A stretch of DNA of 62,333 bases from Verrucomicrobiota bacterium (GTDB taxonomy: Bacteria > Verrucomicrobiota > Verrucomicrobiia > Chthoniobacterales > UBA10450), in NCBI GenBank assembly GCA_003219005.1, contig QHPG01000102.1, positions 1 through 62,333 of the forward strand, read 5' to 3'. Of this stretch, positions 53,392 through 62,333 are shown piece by piece (within the stretch, counting starts at the first letter, position 1; each line of letters starts with the position of its first letter). A model generated the notes under the pieces. It was not told the DNA's origin. It saw only the letters and a program-made list of their open reading frames with translations, and did not search any database. Both the position numbers and the translations under genes were made by a program.

Positions 53392-53954
53392 AAAAAATTC
53401 CTGTCTCTGAACAAAACAAAGGAACGACAGAACCGGCACCGTTGAAGACGTCGCCTTCATTCGCCGCGTCTGCCACCGAGCAAACCGATGCCAAAGATCC
53501 GGTAGCCGGCTTGCAAGCCGATCTCGATCGGTTCCGCGATCTGGCATTGCGCAGTCAGGCCGATTTCGAAAATTATAAAAAACGCTCAGCACGCGAAAAG
53601 GAGGAGGCGATCAAATACGCGAACAGCGCGTTACTCGAGCGGTTAGTATCAATTATCGATAATTTTGAGCTTGGTCTCGCAGCCGCAAAAGAGCAGGGCG
53701 AACAGTCTCCTATTTATTCAGGGATGGTTCTCGTCCAAAAACAACTTAACGATTTGCTGTCGGAAAATGGGCTGCAACCGATCGAGGCCGAGGGCAAAAA
53801 GTTTGATCCAAACCTGCATGAAGCAATTGCACATGAGCCGAGCGATCAAGTTCTCGAAGGGATTGTGCTGCGTCAGACCCGGCGCGGTTATCGATTTAAG
53901 GACCGATTGCTTCGGCCTGCAAAGGTGATCGTTTCCAGCGGATCGGGAAAATAA
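53388..53954 (+). CDS. grpE: Nucleotide exchange factor GrpE
   Basis: 188 aa. The ATG overlaps the phosphatase stop (ATGA). The motifs are DLALRSQADFENYKKRSAREKEE and a C-terminal beta-domain (GYRFKDRLLRPAKV). Confidence 0.9.
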   Translation: MKKIPVSEQNKGTTEPAPLKTSPSFAASATEQTDAKDPVAGLQADLDRFRDLALRSQADFENYKKRSAREKEEAIKYANSALLERLVSIIDNFELGLAAAKEQGEQSPIYSGMVLVQKQLNDLLSENGLQPIEAEGKKFDPNLHEAIAHEPSDQVLEGIVLRQTRRGYRFKDRLLRPAKVIVSSGSGK

Positions 53955-54013
53955 CGGAGGCGTCTTGCCTCTGAGTCCCATCAATTCCATTAGTCACATA
54001 ACTTGTAGCCCGA

Positions 54014-55159
54014 ATGGCCACCACAAATAAACGCGATTACTACGAGGTACTGGGCGTTGGACGTAGCGCTACCGAAGAGGAGGTCAAACGCGCTTATCGC
54101 AAACTCGCGGTGAAGTTTCATCCAGATAAAAATCCGGACGACCCACACGCGGAGGAAAAATTTAAGGAGTTAGGCGAAGCGTACGATATCCTCATGGATC
54201 CCGACAAACGCGCTGCCTACGATCGCTTCGGCCACGCAGCATTTGCCCCGGGCGGCGTCGGTTTCGGTCGCGGCGCTTTCCATGATCCATTCGAGATTTT
54301 CCGTGAGGTTTTCGGCGCCAGTGGGTTTGGCGGCGGAATTTTCGACACGTTCTTCGGCGGCGGGGGGGAACGCACAGAAGATCGGCGGCGTGGTTCGGAT
54401 CTGCGCTATGACATGGAAATCAAACTGGAAGAGGCAGCGTTTGGTGCGAACAAAGAGATTGAAATCGAGAAGCTGGACACCTGCGATAAATGCCAGGGGA
54501 GCGGCGCTGAACCGGGTTCGCGCAAAATCAGCTGTCCCACCTGCGGCGGCCGTGGCCAGGTCGTCAGTTCACGTGGATTTTTTCACATTTCGCAGACATG
54601 TCCTCGCTGTCACGGTGCTGGGGAGATAATTGAAAAGCCATGCGCAAAGTGCCGCGGCGAGGGGCGCGTGGAAAAATTGAGCCGCGTTAAGCTGAAAATT
54701 CCCGCTGGAATCAGGGAACGCACCCGGCTGCGTTCGTTAGGCAATGGCGAGGCCGGCATCGGCGGTGGTCCGCCGGGCGATCTTTACGTCGTCATCCATA
54801 TCAATGAACACAAAATCTTTCAGCGCGAAGGCGACGATTTGTATTGCGAGGTGCCGATCCCATTCTCCATTGCCGCCTTGGGCGGCGAGATTGATGTGCC
54901 GACGCTGGAAGGCAAAGCGCATCTGAAAGTGCCCGCCGGGACGCAAAGCGGACAAATGTTCAAATTGCGCGACAAAGGAATCGTGAACGTCAACGGCCAT
55001 GGCCACGGCGATTTGTTCGCCCGTCTTATTGTCGAGGTGCCATCGCGCTTGAATAACGAGCAACGGCAGAAGCTGGAGGAATTCGCGGCGCTTTGCGGCG
55101 AGGAAAACACTCCAATGCGCAAAAGTTTCTTCGAGCGCGCCAAGGAATTCTTCAAATAG
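54014..55159 (+). CDS. dnaJ: Molecular chaperone DnaJ
   Basis: 381 aa with a J domain ([13 protein letters not shown]), a G/F region and four CxxCxGxG zinc-finger repeats. Confidence 0.95.
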   Translation: MATTNKRDYYEVLGVGRSATEEEVKRAYRKLAVKFHPDKNPDDPHAEEKFKELGEAYDILMDPDKRAAYDRFGHAAFAPGGVGFGRGAFHDPFEIFREVFGASGFGGGIFDTFFGGGGERTEDRRRGSDLRYDMEIKLEEAAFGANKEIEIEKLDTCDKCQGSGAEPGSRKISCPTCGGRGQVVSSRGFFHISQTCPRCHGAGEIIEKPCAKCRGEGRVEKLSRVKLKIPAGIRERTRLRSLGNGEAGIGGGPPGDLYVVIHINEHKIFQREGDDLYCEVPIPFSIAALGGEIDVPTLEGKAHLKVPAGTQSGQMFKLRDKGIVNVNGHGHGDLFARLIVEVPSRLNNEQRQKLEEFAALCGEENTPMRKSFFERAKEFFK

Positions 55160-55173
55160 GCGGCGCAATTTCC

Positions 55174-56037
55174 GTGGTTCGCAATGCTGTCAAATTAATC
55201 GAGTGCCCGCGTGACGCCTGGCAGGGCCTGAAACGCCAAATCCCCACGGAACTGAAGACGCGTTACTTGCGCGCGTTAATCAGGGTGGGCTTTAAGCACA
55301 TCGATGCTGTGAGCTTTGTTTCTCCCAAAGCCGTCCCACAAATGGCCGATAGCGAGAAGGTGCTGGAGCAAACCGATGTGCCCGATGACGTCGAAATCAT
55401 CGGCATTGTGGTGAATGAAAAAGGCGCGGAGCGCGCGATCGCCACCCAAAAAGTTACCATCTTGGGTTTTCCTTACTCCATCTCTGAGACGTTTCTGCGC
55501 AAAAACCAAAACCAGACACTCGAAGACGGCTACAAAGTGTTGCAATCGATTAAAACAACGGCTGACAAGGCAGAGCTCGGCATCGTCGCTTACATTTCCA
55601 TGGCGTTCGGAAATCCGTATGGCGATCCGTGGAATGAGGATGAAGTGTGTCAGGCAGTAAGGAAATTAGTCGACATTGGTATTCGATCCATTTCGCTCGC
55701 TGACACGGTTGCAGTGGCCGATCCTGATCTGATTCGCCGCGTGGTTGAATCAGTCACGAATCAACATTCCGGGTACGACATTGGCGTACATCTTCACAGC
55801 GCCCCCGGGAATGCCGCAGCAAAAGTGCTGGCCGCGTACGACGCCCATTGCCGTCGATTTGATTCGGCCATCGGTGGCCTTGGTGGATGCCCATTCGCGC
55901 AGGATGCGCTGGTAGGAAACATTCCCACGGAGAGCGTAATCGCAGCGCTTCAACAGCGCCGGATAGAACTGCAGATAAGCAAATCGCTGACAGACGTGTT
56001 GGCGTTGAACTCTCTCATCGCAGCTAACTATTCATAG
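55174..56037 (+). CDS. HMGL-like (hydroxymethylglutaryl-CoA lyase family) protein
   Basis: GTG 55174 follows the dnaJ stop; the track start overlaps dnaJ. It has a TIM-barrel HMGL pattern, but IECPRDAWQG replaces the usual E.GPRDGLQN. HLHSAPG and GGLGGCPFA are present. Confidence 0.65.
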   Translation: MVRNAVKLIECPRDAWQGLKRQIPTELKTRYLRALIRVGFKHIDAVSFVSPKAVPQMADSEKVLEQTDVPDDVEIIGIVVNEKGAERAIATQKVTILGFPYSISETFLRKNQNQTLEDGYKVLQSIKTTADKAELGIVAYISMAFGNPYGDPWNEDEVCQAVRKLVDIGIRSISLADTVAVADPDLIRRVVESVTNQHSGYDIGVHLHSAPGNAAAKVLAAYDAHCRRFDSAIGGLGGCPFAQDALVGNIPTESVIAALQQRRIELQISKSLTDVLALNSLIAANYS

Positions 56038-56060
56038 ATCGTATTAGTCTCGTAGGTCCC

Positions 56061-56825
56061 ATGCATCGTTTCTACGTTCTGCCGGAAAATTGGAATCGCG
56101 GCGCGCTGGCGTTGACTCGTTCAGAGGCTCATCACGCGCGCGACGTACTGCGAGTCAGACGCGGCGAGAAGGTTGTCCTCTTCAATGGACAAGGGCGCGA
56201 AATCACTGCGGAAATTGTCGAGTTTAGTGGCGAAGAAATCAGACTGCGAAGATTGCATGAAGCGGAAACGCCGCCGGTGCGGTGCCGGATTGTTCTCGCA
56301 CAGGCCATTCCAAAAGGGAAAAATATGGAACTGATCGTGCAGAAGGCGGTCGAAATCGGCGCAGCCGAAATTGCGCCGATCATTTCGGATCGCACCGTTG
56401 TGCAAGTCGACTCCGAAAGCGCGGCGCAAAAACAGTCGAAGTGGCAGCAAATCGCGATTGAAGCGGCCAAGCAATCAGGTCAGAACTGGCTGCCGCTCGT
56501 GCATACGCCGAAGAAATTGGCAGAATTATTTTCTGCGGCTGCGGTACAATCATTCGATCTTCGGCTAATCGGGTCGCTCCAGCCCGATGCCCAGCACTTC
56601 AAGAAGATCCTCGCAGATTATTCGAGCGAACATCAACATCGTCCTCGGAGCGTATTGATGCTCGTTGGGCCGGAAGGCGATTTCACGCCTGCGGAACTTG
56701 CGCTTGCTCGGCGACATGGCTGTCATCCGATCACGCTCGGCCCGATCATCCTGCGAGTGGAAACTGCGGCAATCTATTGCCTGAGCGTTCTCTCCTACGA
56801 ACTGCTGATTAGGTCGGGCGGTTGA
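56061..56825 (+). CDS. rsmE: 16S rRNA (uracil1498-N3)-methyltransferase
   Basis: 254 aa with MHRFYV and GPEGDFTPAEL. Confidence 0.85.
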   Translation: MHRFYVLPENWNRGALALTRSEAHHARDVLRVRRGEKVVLFNGQGREITAEIVEFSGEEIRLRRLHEAETPPVRCRIVLAQAIPKGKNMELIVQKAVEIGAAEIAPIISDRTVVQVDSESAAQKQSKWQQIAIEAAKQSGQNWLPLVHTPKKLAELFSAAAVQSFDLRLIGSLQPDAQHFKKILADYSSEHQHRPRSVLMLVGPEGDFTPAELALARRHGCHPITLGPIILRVETAAIYCLSVLSYELLIRSGG

Positions 56826-56836
56826 AACCGCGAAGG

Positions 56837-58732
56837 CTACTGGGCGATCGCCGGCTCAACGGCAGATTCGCTGGGAAAATCGGCTGCGTGGGCAGTCCGG
56901 TCCGGCAGCGCGGGTTGAATTGAAACAATCGCAAATTGAGCGGTGGTGCCGTGCTCAGTGCCTAGGGAAACAGTCTCGCCGATTTCATGACCAAGCAGCG
57001 CCTGCCCAACGGCGGTTTGATACGAAATGACGTGCCGGTCAGGGTCGCCGTCCCACGCGCCCAAAACGGTATAGGTTTCTTCCTTGTTCGCGTCCACGTC
57101 GCGCAGCGTGACGATCGTGCCGATGGAAACGCGTGACGTATCGACATTTTCAAACGACGTCCCGCGCGCGTTGTGTAGCATCTGTTCGAGCTCGGCTTTG
57201 CGTCGCATCAGGACGCTCTGCATTTGCTTGGCTGCCTTAAATTCAAAATTCTCGCTTAGATCGCCATACGACCTGGCGAGCGCGATTTCCCTGCGGTTCT
57301 CCGGGATTTTTACTTTTACGAGTTCTTCGTATTCGGCCTTGCGCTTTTCCAGGCTGCTCCAGGAAACGATCAATGCCGCCGCCTTTTCCTGTGCTTCGGC
57401 GCCTGTAATCATGCTTTCCAGTTGTGGATAGACTTTTACGATCCGCGCCAAGAGCGAGCGTTTCGTCAACTCATCGAACAGCGGACTGAGTTGGAGCCGC
57501 CGCATCGCATCGCGCGCAAGAGCGACATCGACGTTTTTAAAAATATCTCCAAGCAATTGCCGATCTTCGACCAGAGCACGGTGCAACTTGCTGGCGCGAT
57601 TGGGAGCGTTGTGTTGTTCTCGCTCCAGCGCAGCAAGAATCGCTGCGAGCAAATCCGGTGTAACGAACTCACGCCACTCTTCCCGTTCGCTGCACAGCCA
57701 GGTGAGCATCTCGCCCGTAGCTGAATGTTCGCGAATGCTTCGCTCCAGCATCGCCCGAAGGTCAGCATGCTGTCCGCCTTCGCCCAAGATGCGCGCAACT
57801 TGCGCGACCATCCGTCCGTGACTTCCTTCCATTAAGTGTAAGGCGCGCTCCGTCCAGCCCGGACCGAGCGCCGACGGTAACGCTTCTAAGACCCGTTTCT
57901 CTTTTGCCGCCGGCAACTTCGGCAGGATCGATCTCAGGCGCTTTTCTTCGTCAAGAATTAATTTCGAAAGAGTCAAACCGACGTGGGTCGTGTGGAGTGA
58001 TGGGATGCGCCCCAGCAAATCGTCCCGCGCCATGATGAGCTCGAACGCGAGCTCAGGATGCATTTTCTGGTTGCGCGCTGCCGTGTTCTCGATGGTCACG
58101 ATGATCGGTTGGAGCTGTTTTTCAGGGTCCTTAAGTTGCTGATAAGACTTAATGATTTGCTCGAGCGCTGCGATTTGCTCTTTCGGTTGGCGCGCTTTAT
58201 TAAACGCGGCGATCAATTCGTCACCATGCGATATGCCTTCGCCGCGGATTTGAATTGGGTCGGTCTTTTTTGCGGGGATGGAAAAAGCGCCGCTTGCCTT
58301 GAGCGCTTTCTTCGTTGATTCCCACCAACGTTTCCATTCCGCCTCGGTGAAGATATCGCCCACCAGCCATTCATTGATCTGCTGTGCGGTAGCTTTTCCG
58401 TCCAAACTTTCCAGTATGTTCCGCACCAGCGCGGTCGGATTTTCCCTGGCCAAATTTTTGACTGACGCCAGATCGCTGGCCTTGCGTGCCAGAAAATGCT
58501 CCGGCGCCAGCGGCGTGAGATTTTCCGCCGCATACTCCACCTGCATGGGATGGGACTTCTTGTTGGCAAAGTCGATTACGATCTGATTCAGGAGCAGGTT
58601 CCATTCGCGTACGCGACCGAATCCCCAACTTTTGTGCAGACAGAATGTGCCCGGCTTTAGTTTTTCCAGTTGCTCGGCGGCTTTGGAGGTGAGCTTTCCC
58701 GATTCGACGAGCTTTTGTAGTTCCGCGTCCAT
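56837..58732 (-). CDS. Large Gre-factor-like protein (C-terminal GreA/GreB domain with about 480-aa N-terminal extension)
   Basis: ATG 58732 (MDAELQKLVESGKL...). The C-terminal 150 aa or so carry Gre signatures (ARSYGDLSENFEFKAAKQ, IGTIVTLRD, ISYQTAVGQALLGHEIGETV). The N-terminus begins with a CarD/TRCF-RID-like FCLHKSWGFGRV segment. Confidence 0.7.
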   Translation of the reverse strand: MDAELQKLVESGKLTSKAAEQLEKLKPGTFCLHKSWGFGRVREWNLLLNQIVIDFANKKSHPMQVEYAAENLTPLAPEHFLARKASDLASVKNLARENPTALVRNILESLDGKATAQQINEWLVGDIFTEAEWKRWWESTKKALKASGAFSIPAKKTDPIQIRGEGISHGDELIAAFNKARQPKEQIAALEQIIKSYQQLKDPEKQLQPIIVTIENTAARNQKMHPELAFELIMARDDLLGRIPSLHTTHVGLTLSKLILDEEKRLRSILPKLPAAKEKRVLEALPSALGPGWTERALHLMEGSHGRMVAQVARILGEGGQHADLRAMLERSIREHSATGEMLTWLCSEREEWREFVTPDLLAAILAALEREQHNAPNRASKLHRALVEDRQLLGDIFKNVDVALARDAMRRLQLSPLFDELTKRSLLARIVKVYPQLESMITGAEAQEKAAALIVSWSSLEKRKAEYEELVKVKIPENRREIALARSYGDLSENFEFKAAKQMQSVLMRRKAELEQMLHNARGTSFENVDTSRVSIGTIVTLRDVDANKEETYTVLGAWDGDPDRHVISYQTAVGQALLGHEIGETVSLGTEHGTTAQFAIVSIQPALPDRTAHAADFPSESAVEPAIAQ

Positions 58733-58839
58733 TTTTTGCAGGGGAGACAATATCACCTCATAGGAGATACGCCATAAGTCGTATGAGACGCGCGCAATTT
58801 GCGATTGCCGTGCGCCGCGCGGCGTGAAAATCTCGCGCT

Positions 58840-59775
58840 GTGACAACCAGCATCTGGTTTTGGCTCGCGTTCAACGCGGGCGTTTTTGTCGCGCTGACGA
58901 TCGATCTCGCCCAATTCAAGCACCGCGGACGCGAACTGAGCATGCGCGCGGCGACCAAACGCACTGCCATCTGGATCGTGCTCTCGCTTCTTTTCAATTT
59001 GCTGGTGTGGAAACTGCGCGGGCCGGACAAAGCCCTCGAATTCTTCACCGGCTACGTGATCGAATACTCATTGAGCGTCGATAACATCTTCGTTTTCGTG
59101 ATCATCTTCGCTTATTTCAAAGTGCCGCCGATGGCGCAGCATCGCGCCCTCGTGTGGGGAATCGTGGGTGCCCTTGTCATGCGCGGCATCATGATCTTGC
59201 TCGGCGTGACTTTGGTGTCGCGGTTTCATTTCATTCTTTACATCTTTGGAATCTTCCTGCTGGTGACCGCCATTCGAATGCTTTTTGGAAAGGCCGGCGA
59301 ACCAGATTTCGGGAAGAGCCTGGTGATGCGTTTTTGCAGGAATTGGATTCCCATCACCCCGGAATTTTACGGCGAAGATTTCAGAGCGCGCGTGAATAAG
59401 CGCTGGATGCTCACACCCCTCGGCGTGGCGTTGATCGTCATCGATGTGATGGACTTGGTTTTCGCGGTCGATTCCATCCCGGCAGTGTTTGCGATCACTC
59501 AGGATCCGTTCATCGTTTATACGTCCAATATTTGCGCCATTCTTGGCCTGCGCTCGCTCTATTTCGTCGTGGCACGCTTGATGGACCGTTTCGTTTACCT
59601 GAGGATCGGTCTCGCCTTCGTGCTCGGTTTCGTTGGGCTCAAAATGATCGTAGCCAAATATTTTTCCGTGCCGACTCTGATCTCTCTGGGCATAATCGTG
59701 CTCATTCTTGCAATTACGGTCGTGATTTCGGTTCGGGTAACGAAGAACCGCGGCGACGCCGACAATCGAAAATAA
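58840..59775 (+). CDS. terC: TerC/Alx-family integral membrane protein
   Basis: 311 aa with a GTG start and EYSLSVDNIFVF, AVDSIPAVFAIT motifs. Confidence 0.85.
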   Translation: MTTSIWFWLAFNAGVFVALTIDLAQFKHRGRELSMRAATKRTAIWIVLSLLFNLLVWKLRGPDKALEFFTGYVIEYSLSVDNIFVFVIIFAYFKVPPMAQHRALVWGIVGALVMRGIMILLGVTLVSRFHFILYIFGIFLLVTAIRMLFGKAGEPDFGKSLVMRFCRNWIPITPEFYGEDFRARVNKRWMLTPLGVALIVIDVMDLVFAVDSIPAVFAITQDPFIVYTSNICAILGLRSLYFVVARLMDRFVYLRIGLAFVLGFVGLKMIVAKYFSVPTLISLGIIVLILAITVVISVRVTKNRGDADNRK

Positions 59776-59821
59776 GTATTGCCTTTGCTGTTCGGAATCA
59801 TTTAACTGGTTTGGAACGCCT

Positions 59822-60241
59822 ATGAAAACAATCCTTGCCCTCGCAACGGTGGCTGGCCTTGCCAGCGCAGCCCTGGCCGATATTCAAGACCCGCCTGGGA
59901 ATGATTATGGACCAACGCGCAAGCTCGGTCGCGGTCTGTCGAATTTTATCATCGCTCCGACTGACTTTTTTGTGACGGTTAACCAAGTCAACCAAACGGA
60001 AGGCAATTCCGCCGGCGCCGGTTATGGCGTTTGGCGCGGACTTGGGCGCGCAGGCGCACGACACGTAGCGGGCCTTATTGAGATTTTGACCTTTCCGTTT
60101 CCAATTTGGCACCATAGCTATTATCCAATTCTGCCGCCGGATATCCCGTACATTCATGCCGGCTATCCGGAATTTCCGCCTGAGGTCGGTAACGAGTCGA
60201 AATACCCCTACGTGCGCGATTCGCACCAGGATTTCAACTAG
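59822..60241 (+). CDS. Exported small protein, TIGR04073-like (exosortase-system-associated family)
   Basis: Signal peptide MKTILALATVAGLASAALA, then GPTRKLGRGLSNFI....GLGRAGARHVAGLIEILTFPFP, which matches that family from memory. Confidence 0.55.
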   Translation: MKTILALATVAGLASAALADIQDPPGNDYGPTRKLGRGLSNFIIAPTDFFVTVNQVNQTEGNSAGAGYGVWRGLGRAGARHVAGLIEILTFPFPIWHHSYYPILPPDIPYIHAGYPEFPPEVGNESKYPYVRDSHQDFN

Positions 60242-60389
60242 CATTCCGGTTTCCCTCCATCTTGTTTGTTGTTCCGGTGATTTGAGCGGCTCTTGCGCGT
60301 TGGCTAGCTTTTTTGGCGAGTAAAAACCGCTTAAACTAGTAGCGTTTCGTAGGAGCTGGCACCACCCGCTAAAGCAAGGTGTTAATAAT

Positions 60390-61514
60390 ATGCGCCTTGT
60401 CGATTTAAGAATCGAAGACGTCGCTTTCGGTGGAAAAGGCGTCGCGCGAGAACAAGGGAAGGCCGTCTTTGTTCCGTACTCTATTGAGGGCGAGATCGTT
60501 TCCGCCGAAATCATGCGCGAGAAAAAGCAATTCGCCGAAGCGGACCTTATCGAAGTAAAGCAGCTTTCACCGGATCGCGTAGAACCAGAGTGTCCTTATT
60601 TCGGCCGGTGCGGCGGGTGTGCATATCAGCACATCAATTACGAACATCAGCTTGCGATTAAATGGCGGCAGGTGCGCGACGCGCTCCAGCGAATCGGCAA
60701 GCTCAAGGATGCTCCAATCCGGCCGATCATCCCGTCGCCCAAGCAGTACGCCTATCGAAATCGCATCACTGTTCACGCACAGGACGGCGTGACCGGTTTT
60801 TTCCGCCGCGATTCACATCGATTGATCGACATTGAGCGTTGCTCGATTTCGAGCGATGAAGTCAATCGCGCGCTTGCAGAATTACGTGCGCAACCATACG
60901 TGAGCGATGGACATTACACCTTGCGTGCCGGTTCGGAGGTGCGCGTGTTCGCCCAAACAAACGACGAGGTCGCGAATGCGTTGCGCGATTTGGTTGTCGA
61001 TCTCGTTCCATCGAATCAGGGAGTGTTGATCGATGCCTATTGCGGCGCTGGATTTTTCGCAAAGGCGTTGCTGGACAAATTTGAGCGTGTGATCGGGATT
61101 GATTGGGACAAATTCGCAATCGACGCCGCAAGAGAAAACGCGACTGCGAAAGAGACCTACATCGCCGGCGATGTGGAAACAGAGCTAGGCCGGGCGGCGC
61201 AACAAACAAGGAAAGGCGATCTCCAGTTCGCCCCGGCGGTCATCCCGACAAGTCGGGATTCTTTGAAGTCGGTGACGCTCATTGTCGATCCTCCGGCGAC
61301 AGGACTCAGCGAAAATGTTCGCAAAGCCGTGATCGATCTTGCGCCCGAAATACTCATTTACGTCTCATGCAATCCGCCAACACTCGCACGTGATTTGAGA
61401 GAGTTGCAGGAGAAATTCACCATCGATTCGGTCACGCCGCTCGACATGTTCCCGCAAACTGCCGAGATTGAGGTCGCGGTCCAATTGAGCCAACGCTCAA
61501 CGCCGGAGTCGTGA
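60390..61514 (+). CDS. TRAM-domain 23S rRNA (uracil-5)-methyltransferase, RlmD/RumA-like
   Basis: 374 aa with an N-terminal TRAM and the Fe-S cysteines CPYFGRCGGCAYQH plus CSI. It has SAM motif IDAYCGAGFF and the catalytic end VSCNPPTLARDL, DMFPQT. The central domain is shorter than in E. coli RlmD. Confidence 0.8.
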   Translation: MRLVDLRIEDVAFGGKGVAREQGKAVFVPYSIEGEIVSAEIMREKKQFAEADLIEVKQLSPDRVEPECPYFGRCGGCAYQHINYEHQLAIKWRQVRDALQRIGKLKDAPIRPIIPSPKQYAYRNRITVHAQDGVTGFFRRDSHRLIDIERCSISSDEVNRALAELRAQPYVSDGHYTLRAGSEVRVFAQTNDEVANALRDLVVDLVPSNQGVLIDAYCGAGFFAKALLDKFERVIGIDWDKFAIDAARENATAKETYIAGDVETELGRAAQQTRKGDLQFAPAVIPTSRDSLKSVTLIVDPPATGLSENVRKAVIDLAPEILIYVSCNPPTLARDLRELQEKFTIDSVTPLDMFPQTAEIEVAVQLSQRSTPES

Positions 61515-61895
61515 CAAATACCAGATCATCAATCCCCCAATCGGCAGGCCGATCAGGGTTTTCGGGTCGTGCCGGAGCAAAGCGTTAAGCGAATCGCCAA
61601 CAAGATTGATTACCAGAACTGCAACCGCGAGCCAGCGTCCCCACTGCGCGTGTCGCGCGAGCCCAATCGCGCTCAATCCGCACGCGGTGCCGACCAGTGT
61701 CATCAGCACAATCGATGTGCCGCGCCCAATCTCTTGAAACTGGACTCGCGCCTCTGGTTTCAATCGGCAGATCGATTCCAGAAAACCTCCGGGAAACGCC
61801 AGCGCGAATATTGTGACCAGACAAATAAGAGCTCCGGCAGCGAAGAAGAGAACGAGCAAAACCGTTCCGAGACTTCGTTTGCGAGCGTCTGTCAC
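61497..61895 (-). CDS. Hypothetical 4-TM membrane protein
   Basis: 132 aa. The GTG start overlaps the upstream usp stop (GTGA). It has four hydrophobic segments. Confidence 0.5.
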   Translation of the reverse strand: MTDARKRSLGTVLLVLFFAAGALICLVTIFALAFPGGFLESICRLKPEARVQFQEIGRGTSIVLMTLVGTACGLSAIGLARHAQWGRWLAVAVLVINLVGDSLNALLRHDPKTLIGLPIGGLMIWYLSRLRR

Positions 61896-62320
61896 GCGTA
61901 AACCAAAAGGTCGATTTCTTCCGGCAGCGAGTTGGATACTTCGCGGATGACGTTGCCGCGAAGCAGATTCATCAGCGCGCTGCGTTGCGGTGCGCCGAGA
62001 ATGACGCGCGATGCGCCGAGCGTCGCGGCAACATCGACAATCGTCTCGGCAGCCGATGGACTCACAGCATAGCAGAACAGCGGCGTGATGTTCTCGGCTT
62101 TCTGTTTCGCTTCAGCGAAAATGGCGCTGGCTTCGGGATCTTGCTGCCATTTGCGCCTGGCATCCTCTTCGGTCATGAACGGTTGTTCACGCACGAAGAG
62201 CAGGTAAAGACGCGAGCCGGCCGTGGTTGCTTCTCGCAACGCGAAATCGAGGGTGCGCCCTGCGCTGCGAACCGCGCACAAGATCGCTTCGCCCCCTGAA
62301 GGAGCCGGCGCTTTGGACAT
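61892..62320 (-). CDS. Universal stress protein (UspA family)
   Basis: 142 aa with a USP-type C-terminus (GASRVILGAPQRSALMNLLRGNVIREVSNSLPEEIDLLVY). Confidence 0.7.
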   Translation of the reverse strand: MSKAPAPSGGEAILCAVRSAGRTLDFALREATTAGSRLYLLFVREQPFMTEEDARRKWQQDPEASAIFAEAKQKAENITPLFCYAVSPSAAETIVDVAATLGASRVILGAPQRSALMNLLRGNVIREVSNSLPEEIDLLVYA

Positions 62321-62333
62321 CGGACGCGCAACA

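Noticed and set aside
51253-54013. CIRCE (TTAGCACTC-N9-GAGTGCTAA) or another classic heat-shock operator near grpE-dnaJ.
   Set aside because: I scanned the spacers 51253-51381 and 53955-54013 by eye and found no such inverted repeat. This absence feeds into the STAS-PP2C-grpE finding rather than standing as a feature.
58733-58839. Possible yybP-ykoY (Mn2+) riboswitch in the leader of the terC-family gene, a common association.
   Set aside because: I found only a GGGGAGA box (58742-58748), a GAGACG box and a CTCATA/TATGAG stem. The conserved GGGGAGUAG ... CAAGAGACC arrangement and four-way junction could not be drawn by hand. A covariance-model search (Rfam RF00080) would settle it.
60390-61514. 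The RlmD-like methyltransferase is about 60 aa shorter than E. coli RlmD, so it might be a fourth deletion scar.
   Set aside because: The frame is continuous. All catalytic and Fe-S motifs (TRAM, four Cys, FAQTN, SAM motif, SCNP, DMFPQT) are present in order. Compact RumA-family variants exist, so nothing indicates damage.

Overview
This 62.3-kb window reads as core chromosome of a moderately GC-rich bacterium. It most likely belongs to the PVC superphylum (Verrucomicrobiota-like). That placement is an inference from a SWIB-domain gene, a TIGR04137-type small basic protein, a TIGR04073-type exported protein, the DapL lysine route and heptamer-array intergenic repeats. I support about 60 protein genes on both strands and one tRNA (anticodon CAT). 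I see no rRNA, CRISPR array, transposase, integrase, phage gene or recognisable defence system. Gene content: secreted peptidases (M28, M3); two GT39/ArnT-like glycosyltransferases; a two-gene hopanoid module (hpnH-shc); sodA; dapL; an ECF sigma/anti-sigma pair; putA; ltaE; a thiol-redox group (dsbD, redoxin, thioredoxin-like); an LPS-related block (GT39, thioesterase, LpxL-GT9 fusion, cupin, methyltransferase); an SBP56/methanethiol-oxidase homologue; panC-nadB; aroA-cmk-plsC; grpE-dnaJ; rsmE; terC; and an RlmD-like methyltransferase. Five things go beyond routine annotation. (1) Unusual fusions: beta-CASP/MBL exonuclease + ATP-dependent DNA ligase, PlsC acyltransferase + alpha/beta hydrolase, LpxL + GT9, and a 630-aa Gre-factor-like protein. 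(2) A STAS / GAF-PP2C partner-switching pair is translationally coupled to grpE-dnaJ. (3) A lipase-maturation-factor homologue sits directly upstream of an SGNH hydrolase. (4) Three independent deletion scars lie within about 12 kb: the putA 3' end, the GT9 domain, and an SRPBCC relic. (5) Intergenic repeats are dense, notably 35-nt modules of five degenerate heptamers (at five loci) and several hairpin families. Two small basic-protein genes fall below or inside the ORF track calls. I cannot point to one clearly novel multi-gene system. All function calls rest on motifs read by eye and remembered family signatures; no searches were run.
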